Assembly: GCA_964016885.1 (NCBI GenBank)
Contig: OZ024741.1
Span: 248,124,001-248,188,000 of the forward strand
DNA: 64,000 nucleotides
Source of the DNA: Eledone cirrhosa
Lineage: Eukaryota
Direction of reading: 5' to 3'
Shown: positions 1 to 10,700 of the stretch, in pieces
How the letters are laid out: each line of letters begins with the position of its first letter
Numbering within the stretch: position 1 is the stretch's first letter
Notes under the pieces: generated by a model
The model's database searches: none
The model's input: the letters and a program-made list of their open reading frames with translations, nothing else
Told to the model about the DNA's origin: nothing
Translations under genes and position numbers: made by a program

Positions 1-847
1 TACAAATTATCTCCCCCTGATTTTTTTTTACAAATTATCTCCCTCTGATTTTTTTTTACAAATTATCTCCCCCTGATTTTTTTTTTACAAATTATCTCCC
101 CCTGATTTTTTTACAAATTATCTCCCCCTGATTTTTTTTACAATCTCCGCCTGATTTTTTTAAAAATTATCTTCCCTTGGCTGGCGGGAAATTATCTCCC
201 CTTGGACGGCTGGAAATTATCTCCCCTTGGAAGGATGGAAATTATCTCCCCTTGCACGGCTGGAAATTATCTCCCCTTGCACGGCTGGAAATTATCTCCC
301 CTTGGCTGGAAATTATCTCCCCTTGGACGGCTAGAAATTATCTCTCTTTGGACGGCTGGAAATTATCTCCCTTTGATTTTTTTTACAAATTATCTCCCTC
401 TGATTTTTTTTACAAATCTCCCCCTGATTTTTTAAAAAAAATTATCTCCCCTTCGCTGGCTGGAAATTATCTCCCCTTGGACACTGGAAATTATAGCCCT
501 TTGGAGGGCTGGAAATTATCTTCTCTTGGACGGCTGGAAATTATCTCCCCTTGATTTTTTTTACAAATTATCTCCGCCTGATTTTTTTTTTAAATTATCT
601 CTCCTTGGACGGCTGGAAATTATCTCCCCTTGATTTTTTTTACAAATTATCTCCCCCTGATTTTTTTTTACAAATTATCTCCCACTGATTTTTTTTTACA
701 AATTATCTACCCCTGATTTTTTTTTACAAATTATCTCCCCCTGATTTTTTTTACAAATTATCTCACCCTGATTTTTCTTTTACAAATTATCTCCCCCTGA
801 TTTTTTTACAAATTATCTCCCCCTGATTTTTTTTACAAATTATCTCC
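1..847 (+). repeat. Segment duplicated at 7356-8202 (offset 7355 bp)
   Basis: ORF translations at 177/7532 and 202/7557 are identical. Shared rare variants (double TTGCACGG, GGACACTGG, CCCACTGA, TTTTTCTTTT) and poly-T lengths match until about 848/8203. Confidence 0.9.
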
Positions 848-1002
848 CCCTGATTTTTTTTTACAAATTATCTACCTCTGATTTTTTTTACAAATTATCT
901 CCCCCTGATTTTTTTTACAAATTATCTCCCCCTGATTTTTTTTTTACAAATTATCTACCCCTGATTTTTTTACAAATTATCTCCCCCTGATTTTTTTTAC
1001 AA
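631..1002 (+). repeat. Example of a long pure type-B run (AAATTATCTCCCCCTGA-T7-10-AC)
   Basis: About 13-14 consecutive 26-29 bp monomers, differing mainly in poly-T length and single core substitutions (TCTAC, TCTCAC, CCCAC). Confidence 0.93.
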
Positions 1003-1479
1003 ATAATCTCCCCTTGGAGGCTGGAATTTATCTCCCCTTGGACGGCTAGAAATTACCTCTCCTTGGACGGCTGGAAAATATGTCTCCTTGGACGGCTGGA
1101 TATTATCTCCCCTTGGACGGCTGAAAATTATCTCCCCTTGGACGGCCGGAAATTATCTCCCCTTGATTTTTTTTACAAATTATCTCCACCTGATTTTTTT
1201 TTACAAATTATCTCCCCCTGATTTTTTTTACAAATTATCTCCCCCTGATTTTTTTTTACAAATTATCTGCCGCTGATTTTTTTTACAAATTATCTCCCCT
1301 TGGAGGCTGGAATTTATCTCCCCTTGGACGGCTAGAAATTACCTCTCCTTGGACGGCTGGAAAATATGTCTCCTTGGACGGCTGGATATTATCTCCCCTT
1401 GGACGGCTGGAAATTATCTCCCCATGGACGGCTGGAAATTATCTCCCCTTGGACGGCTAGAAATTATCTCTCCTTGGAC

Positions 1480-3060
1480 GGCTGAAAATTATCTCCCCTT
1501 GGACGGCTGCAAATTATCTCCCCTTGATTTTTTTTATAAATTATCTCCCCCTGATTTTTTTTACAAATTATCTCCCCCTGATTTTTTTACAAATTATCTA
1601 CCTCTGATTTTTTTTTACAAATTATCTCCCCCTGATTTTTTTTTTACAAATTATCTTCACCTGATTTTTTTACAAATTATCTCCCCCTGATTTTTTTTAC
1701 AATCTCCGCCTGATTTTTTTAAAAATTATCTTCCCTTGGCTGGCGGGAAATTATCTCCCCTTGGACGGCTGGAAATTATCTCCCCTTGGAAGGATGGAAA
1801 TTATCTCCCCTTGGACGGCTGGAAATTATCTCCCCTTGCACGGCTGGAAATTATCTCCCCTTGGCTGGAAATTATCTCCCCTTGGACGGCTAGAAATTAT
1901 CTCTCTTTGGACGGCTGGAAATTATCACCCCTTGAGTTTTTTACAAATTATCTCCCCCTGATTTTTTTTACAAATCTCCCAGTGATTTTTTAAAAAAATT
2001 ATCTCCCCTTGGACGGCTGGAAATTATCTCCCCTTGGACGGCTGGAAATTATCTCGCCTTGGACGGCTAGAATTTACCTCTCCTTGGACGGCTGAAAATT
2101 ATCTCCCCTTGGGCGGCTGGAAATTATCTCCCCTTGATTTTTTTTACAAATTATCTCCCCCTGATTTTTTTTACAAATTATCTCCCCCTGATTTTTTTTT
2201 ACAAATTATCTGCCGCTGATTTTTTTTACAAATTATCTCCCCTTGGAGGCTGGAATTTATCTCCCCTTGGACGGCTAGAAATTACCTCTCCTTGGACGGC
2301 TGAAAATTATCTCCCCTTGGACGGCTGCAAATTATCTCCCCTTGATTTTTTTTATAAATTATCTCCCCCTGATTTTTTTTACAAATTATCTCCCCCTGAT
2401 TTTTTTTACAAATTATCTACCCCTGATTTTTTTTACAAATTATCTCCCCCTGATTTTTTTTTACAAATTATCTACCTCTGATTTTTTTTACAAATTATCT
2501 CCCCCTGATTTTTTTTTTACAAATTATCTTCCCCTGATTTTTTTACAAATTATCTCCCCCTGATTTTTTTTACAATCTCCGCCTGATTTTTTTAAAAATT
2601 ATCTTCCCTTGGCTGGCTGGAAATTATCTCCCCTTGGACGGCTGGAAATTATCTCCCCTTGGAAGGATGGAAATTATCTCCCCTTGGACGGCTGGAAATT
2701 ATCTCCCCTTGCACGGCTGGAAATTATCTCCCCTTGGCTGGAAATTATCTCCCCTTGGACGGCTAGAAATTATCTCTCTTTGGACGGCTGGAAATTATCA
2801 CCCCTTGAGTTTTTTACAAATTATCTCCCCCTGATTTTTTTTACAAATCTCCCAGTGATTTTTTAAAAAAATTATCTCCCCTTGGACGGCTGGAAATTAT
2901 CTCCCCTTGAACGGCTGGAAATTATCTCGCCTTGGACGGCTAGAATTTACCTCTCCTTGGACGGCTGAAAATTATCTCCCCTTGGACGGCTGGAAATTAT
3001 CTCCCCTTGATTTTTTTTACAAATTATCTCCCTCTGATTTTTTTTACAAATTATCTCCCC
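1480..3060 (+). repeat. Local tandem duplication, period ~0.82-0.87 kb
   Basis: Near-identical ORFs at 1736/2609, 1761/2634 and 2034/2907 (offset 873). Shared rare variants are GGCTGCAAA, TTTTATAAA, ATCTCGCCTT and ATCACCCCTTGAG. Confidence 0.85.
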
Positions 3061-6000
3061 CTGATTTTTTTTTACAAATTATCTCCCCCTGATTTTTTTT
3101 TACAAATTATCTCCCCCTGATTTTTTTTACAAATTATCTCCCCCCTGATTTTTTTACAAATTATCTCCCCTTGGCTGGCTGGAAATTATCTCCCCTTGGA
3201 GGCTGGAACTTATCTCCCCTTGGACGGCTAGAAATTACCTCTCCTTGGACGGCTGGAAAATATGTCTCCTTGGACGGACGGATATTATCTCCCCTTGGAC
3301 GGCTGGAAATTATCTCCCCTTGGACGGCTGGAAATTATCTCCCCTTGGATGGCTAGATATTACCTCCCCTTGGACGGCTGGTAATTATCTCCCCTTGATT
3401 TTTTTTACAAATTATCTCCCCCTGATTTTTTTTTACAAATTATCTCCCCCTGATTTTTTTTTAAAAATTATCTCCCCCTGATTTTTGTTTACAAATTATC
3501 TCCGCCTGATTTTTTTTAAAAAATTATCTACCCTTGGACGGCTGGAAATTATCTCCCCTTGGACGGCTGGAAATTATATCTCCTTGGACGGCTAGAATTT
3601 ACCTCTCCTTGGACGGCTGAAAATTATCTACCCTTGGACGGCTGGAAATTATCTCCCCTTGATTTTTTTTACAAATTATCTCCCCCTGATTTTTTTTTAC
3701 AAATTATCTCCCCCTGATTTTTTTTTACAAATTATCTCCCCCTGATTTTTTTTTACAAATTATCTCCCCCTGATTTTTTTACAAATTATCTCCCCTTGGC
3801 TGGCTGGAAATTATCTCCCCTTGGAGGCTGGAACTTATCTCCCCTTGGACGGCTAGAAATTACCTCTCCTTGGACGGCTGGAAAATATGTCTCCTTGGAC
3901 GGCTGGATATTATCTCCCCTTGGACGGCTGGAAATTATCTCCCCTTGGACGGCTGGAAATTATCTCCCCTTGGATGGCTAGATATTACCTCCCCTTGGAC
4001 GGCTGGAAATTATCTCCCTTTGATTTTTGTTTACAAATTATCTCCGCCTGATTTTTTAAAAAAAATTATCTCCCCTTGGACGGCTGGAAATTATCTCCCC
4101 TTAGACGGCTAGAAATTACCTCTCCTTGGACGGCTGAAAATTATCTCCCCTTGGACGGCTGGAAATTATCTCCCCTTAATTTTTTTACAAATTATCTCCC
4201 CCCGATTTTTTTTTTACAAATTATCTCCCCCTGATTTTTTTTACAAATTATCTACCCCTGATTTTTTTTTACAAATTATCTCCCCCTGATTTTTTTTACA
4301 AATTATCTCCCCCTGATTTTTTTTTTACAAATTATCTCCCCCTGATTTTTTTACAAATTATCTCCGCCTAATTTTTTTAAATATTATCTCTCCTTGGCTG
4401 GCGGGAAATTATCTCCCCTTGGACGGCTGGAAATTATCTCCCCTTGGAAGGATGGAAATTATCTCCCCTTGGACGGCTGGAAATTATCTACCCCTGATTT
4501 TTTTTAGAAATTATCTCCCCCTGATTTTTTTTACAAATTATCTCGCCCTGATTTTTTTTACAAATTATCTACCCCTGATTTTTTTTACAAATTATCTCCC
4601 CCTGATTTTTTTTACAAATTATCTCACCCTGATTTTTTTTTTACAAATTATCTCCCCCTGATTTTTTTACAAATTATCTCCCCCTGATTTTTTTTACAAA
4701 TTATCTCCGCCTGATTTTTTTAAATATTATCTTCCCTTGGCTGGCGGGAAATTATCTCCCCTTGGACGGCTGAAAATTATCTCCCCTTGGACGGCTGGAA
4801 ATTATCTCCCCTTGATTTTTTTTACAAATTATGTCCCCCTGATTTTTTTTTACAAATTATCTCCCCCTGATTTTTTTTACAAATTATCTCCCCCTGATTT
4901 TTTTTTACAAATTATCTCCCCCTGATTTTTTTACAAATTATCTCCCCCTGATTTTTTTTACAAATTATCTCCGCCTGATTTTTTTAAATATTATCTTCCC
5001 TTGGCTGGCGGGAAATTATCTCCCCTTGGACGGCTGGAAATTATCTGCCCTTGATTTACTTTTTACAAATTATCTTCCACTGATTTTTTTTACAAATTAT
5101 CTCCACCTGATTTTTTAAAAAATTATCTCCCCTTGGAAGGCTGGAAATTATCTCCCCTTGGCTGGAAATTATCTCCCCTTGAACGGCTAGAAATTATCTC
5201 TCTTTGGACGGCTGGAAATTATCACCCCTTGAGTTTTTTACAAATTATCTCCCCCTGATTTTTTTTACAAATCTCCCAGTGATTTTTAAAAAAAAATTAT
5301 CTCCCCTTCGCTGGCTGGAAATTATCTCCCCTTGGACGCTGGAAATTATAGCCCCTTGGAGGGCTGGAAATTATCTTCCCTTGGACGGCTGGAAATTATC
5401 TCCCCTTGATTTTTTTTACAAATTATCTCCCCCTGATTTTTTTTTACAAATTATCTCCCCCTGATTTTTTTTTACAACTTATCTGCGCCTGATTTTTTAA
5501 AAAAAATTATCTCCCCTTGGACGGCTGGAAATTATCTCCCCTTGGACGGCTGGAAATTATCTCCCCTTGGACGGCTGGAAATTATCTCTCCTTGGACGGC
5601 TAGAATTTACCTCTCCTTGGACGGCTGAAAATTATCTCCCCTTGGACGGCTGGAAATTATCTCCCCTTGATTTTTTTTACAAATTATCTCCCCCTGATTT
5701 TTTTTTACGAATTATCTCCCCCTGATTTTTTTTTACAAATTATCTCCCCCTGATTTTTTTTTACAAATTATCTCCCTCTGATTTTTTACAAATTATCTCC
5801 CCTTGGCTGGCTGGAAATTATCTCCCCTTGGAGGCTGGAACTTATCCCCCCTTGGACGGCTAGAAATTACCTCTCTTTGGACGGCTGGAAAATATGTCTC
5901 CTTGGACGGCTGGATATTATCTCCCCTTGGACGGCTGGAAATTATCTCCCCTTGGACGGCTGGAAATTATCTCCCCTTGGATGGCTAGATATTACCTCCC

Positions 6001-7749
6001 CTTGGACGGCTGGAAATTATCTCCCCTTGATTTTTTTTACAAATTATCTCCCCCTGATTTTTTTTTACAAATTATCTCCCCCGATTTTTTTTTACAAATT
6101 ATCTCCCCCTGATTTTTTTTTACAAATTATCTTCCCCTGATTTTTGTTTACAAATTATCTCCCCTTGGACGGCTGGAAATTATCTCCCCTTGGACGGCTA
6201 GAAATTACCTCTCCTTGGACGGCTGAAAATTATCTCCCCTTGGACGGCTGGAAATTATCTCCCCTTGATTTTTTTACAAATTATCTCCCCCTGATTTTTT
6301 TTTTACAAATTATCTCACCCTGATTTTTTTTACAAATTATCTACCCCTGATTTTTTTTTACAAATTATCTCCCCCTGATTTTTTTTACAAATTATCTCCC
6401 ACTGATTTTTTTTTTACAAATTATCTCCCCCTGATTTTTTTACAAATTATCTCCCCCTGATTTTTTTTACAAATTATCTCCGCCTGATTTTTTTAAATAT
6501 TATCTCTCCTTGGCTGGCGGGAAATTATCTCCCCTTGGACGGCTGGAATTTATCTCCCCTTGGAAGGATGGAAATTATCTCCCCTTGGACGGCTGGAAAT
6601 TATCTACCCCTGATTTTTTTACAAATTATCTCCCCCTGATTTTTTTTACAAATTATCTCCCCCTGATTTTTTTACAAATTATCTCCCCCTGATTTTTTTT
6701 ACAAATTATCTCCGCCTGATTTTTTTAAATATTATCTTACCTTGGCTGGCGGGAAATTATCTCCCCTTGGACGGCTGAAAATTATCTCCCCTTGGAAGGC
6801 TGGAAATTATCTCCCCTTGATTTTTTTTACAAATTATCTCCCCCTGATTTTTTTTTACAAATTATCTCCCCCTGATTTTTAAAAAAAAATTATCTCCCCT
6901 TCGCTGGCTGGAAATTATCTCCCCTTGGACGCTGGAAATTATAGCCCCTTGGAGGGCTGGAAATTATCTTCCCTTGGACGGCTGGAAATTATCTCCCCTT
7001 GATTTTTTTTTACAAATTATCTCCCCCTGATTTTTTTTTACAAATTATCTCCCCCTGATTTTTTTTTACAAATTATCTCCCCCTGATTTTTTTTTACAAA
7101 TTATCTCCGCCTGATTTTTTTAAAAAAATTATCTCCCCTTGGACGGCTGGAAATTATCTCCCCTTGGACGGCTGGAAATTATCTCCCCTTGGACGGCTAG
7201 AAATTATCTCTCCTTGGACGGCTGAAAATTATCTCCCCTTGGACGGCTGCAAATTATCTCCCCTTGATTTTTTTTACAAATTATCTCCCCCTGATTTTTT
7301 TTACAAATTATCTCCCCCTGATTTTTTTTACAAATTATCTACCCCTGATTTTTTTTACAAATTATCTCCCCCTGATTTTTTTTTACAAATTATCTCCCTC
7401 TGATTTTTTTTTACAAATTATCTCCCCCTGATTTTTTTTTTACAAATTATCTCCCCCTGATTTTTTTACAAATTATCTCCCCCTGATTTTTTTTACAATC
7501 TCCGCCTGATTTTTTTAAAAATTATCTTCCCTTGGCTGGCGGGAAATTATCTCCCCTTGGACGGCTGGAAATTATCTCCCCTTGGAAGGATGGAAATTAT
7601 CTCCCCTTGCACGGCTGGAAATTATCTCCCCTTGCACGGCTGGAAATTATCTCCCCTTGGCTGGAAATTATCTCCCCTTGGACGGCTAGAAATTATCTCT
7701 CTTTGGACGGCTGGAAATTATCTCCCTTTGATTTTTTTTACAAATTATC

Positions 7750-10700
7750 TCCCTCTGATTTTTTTTACAAATCTCCCCCTGATTTTTTAAAAAAAATTAT
7801 CTCCCCTTCGCTGGCTGGAAATTATCTCCCCTTGGACACTGGAAATTATAGCCCCTTGGAGGGCTGGAAATTATCTTCTCTTGGACGGCTGGAAATTATC
7901 TCCCCTTGATTTTTTTTACAAATTATCTCCGCCTGATTTTTTTTTTAAATTATCTCTCCTTGGACGGCTGGAAATTATCTCCCCTTGATTTTTTTTACAA
8001 ATTATCTCCCCCTGATTTTTTTTTACAAATTATCTCCCACTGATTTTTTTTTACAAATTATCTACCCCTGATTTTTTTTTACAAATTATCTCCCCCTGAT
8101 TTTTTTTACAAATTATCTCACCCTGATTTTTCTTTTACAAATTATCTCCCCCTGATTTTTTTACAAATTATCTCCCCCTGATTTTTTTTACAAATTATCT
8201 CCGCCTGATTTTTTTAAATATTATCTTCCCTTGGCTGGCGGGAAATTATCTCCCCTTGGACGGCTGGAAATTATCTGCCCTTGATTTTCTTTTTACAAAA
8301 TATCTTCCACTGATTTTTTTTACAAATTATCTCCACCTGATTTTTTAAAAAATTATCTCCCAGTGGAAGGCTGGAAATTATCTCCCCTTGGCTGGAAATT
8401 ATCTCCCCTTGGAAGGCTAGAAATTATCTCTCTTTGGACGGCTGGAAATTATCACCCCTTGAGTTTTTTTACAAATTATCTCCCCCTGATTTTTTTTACA
8501 AATCTCCCAGTGATATTTAAAAAATTATCTCCCCTTGGACGCTGGAAATTATAGCCCCTTGGAGGGCTGGAAATTATCTTCCCTTGGACGGCTGGAAATT
8601 ATCTCCCCTTGATTTTTTTTACAAATTATCTCCCCCTGATTTTTTGTACAAATTATCTCCCCCTGATTTTTTTTTACAACTTATCTGCGCCTGATTTTTT
8701 TTTAAAAATTATCTCCCCTTGGACGGCTGGAAATTATCTCCCCTTGGACGGCTGGAAATTATCTCTCCTTGGACGGCTAGAATTTACCTCTCCTTGGACG
8801 GCTGAAAATTATCTCCCCTTGGACGGCTGGAAATTACCTCCCCTTGATTTTTTTTACAAATTATCTCCCACTGATTTTTTTTTACAAATTATCTCCCCCT
8901 GATTTTTTTTTACAAATTATCTCCCCCTGATTTTTTTTACAAATTATCTCCCCTTGGCTGGCTGGAAATTATCTCCCCTTGAAGGCTGGAACTTATCTCC
9001 CCTTGGACGGCTAGAAATTACCTCTCCTTGGACGGCTGGAAAATATGTCTCCTTGGACGGCTGGAAATTATCTCCCCTTGGACGGCTGGAAATTATCTCC
9101 CTTGGACGGCTGGAAATTATCTCCCCTTGGATGGCTAGATATTACCTCCCCTTGGACGGCTGGAAATTATCTCCCCTTGATTTTTTTTAGAAATTATCTC
9201 CCCCTGATTTTTTTTTACAAATTATCTCCCCCTGATTTTTTTTTTACAAATTATCTCCCCCTGATTTTTGTTTACAAATTATCTCCGCCTGATTTTATTT
9301 TAAAAATTATCTCCCCTTGGACGGCTGGAAATTATCTCCCCTTGGACGGCTAGAAATTACCTCTCCTTGGACGGCTGAAGATTATCTCCACTTGGACGGC
9401 TGGAAATTATCTCCCCTTGATTTTTTTACAAATTATCTACCCCTGATTTTTTTTTACAAATTATCTACCCCTGATTTTTTTTTACAAATTATCTACCCCT
9501 GATTTTTTTTACAAATTATCTCCCCCTAATTTTTTTACAAATTATCTCCCCCTGATTTTTTTTACAAATTATCTCCGCCTGATTTTTTTAAATATTATCT
9601 CTCCTTGGCTGGCGGGAAATTATCTCCCCTTGGACGGCTGGAAATTATCTCCCTTTGGAAGGATGGAAATTATCTCCCCTTGGACGGCTGGAAATTATCT
9701 ACCCCTGATTTTTTTTACAAATTATCTCCTCCTGATTTTTTTTACAAATTATCTCCCCCTGATTTTTTTTTACAAATCATCTACCCCTGATTTTTTTTAC
9801 AAATTATCTCCCCCTGATTTTTTTTACAAATTATCTCCCCCTGATTTTTTTTTTACAAATTATCTCCCCCTGATTTTTTTTACAAATTATCTCCGCCTGA
9901 TTTTTTAAAATATTATCTTCCCTTGGCTGGCGGGAAATTATCTCCCCTTGGACGGCTGAAAATTATCTCCCCTTGGACGGCTGGAAATTATCTCCCCTTG
10001 ATTTTTTTTACAAATTATCTCCCCCTGATTTTTTTTTACAAATTATCTCCCCCTGATTTTTTTTACAAATTATCTCCCCCTGATTTTTTTTTACAAATTA
10101 TCTGCCGCTGATTTTTTTTACAAATTATCTCCCCCTGATTTTTTTACAAATTATCTCCCCTTGGCTGGCTGGAAATTACCTCCCCTTGGAGGCTGGAATT
10201 TATCTCCCCTTGGACGGCTAGAAATTACCTCTCCTTGGACGGCTGGAAAATATGTCTCCTTGGACGGCTGGATATTATCTCCCCTTGGACGGCTGGAAAT
10301 TATCTCCCCTTGGACGGCTGGAAATTATCTCCCCTTGGACGGATAGATATTACCTCCCCTTGGACGGCTGGAAATTATCTCCCCTTGATTTTTTTTACAA
10401 ATTATCTCCCCCTGATTTTTTTTTACAAATTATCTCCCCCTGATTTTTTTTTACAAATTATCTCCCCCTGATTTTTTTTTTACAAATTATCTCCGCCTGA
10501 TTTTTTTAAAAAATTATCTCCCCTTGGACGGCTGGAAATTATCTCCCCATGGACGGCTGGAAATTATCTCCCCTTGGACGGCTAGAAATTATCTCTCCTT
10601 GGACGGCTGAAAATTATCTCCCCTTGGACGGCTGCAAATTATCTCCCCTTGATTTTTTTTATAAATTATCTCCCCCTGATTTTTTTTACAAATTATCTCC

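Noticed and set aside
61-160. Rho-independent or Pol III terminators and retroposon poly-A tails suggested by the T tracts
   Set aside because: The T tracts are an integral part of every B monomer, with no upstream GC hairpin, gene, element body or target-site duplication.
180-187. Chi-like octamer GCTGGCGG (one mismatch to E. coli Chi GCTGGTGG) at B-to-A junctions
   Set aside because: It is an imperfect match, easily derived from the GGCTGG tail by mutation. Nothing indicates a bacterial RecBCD context.
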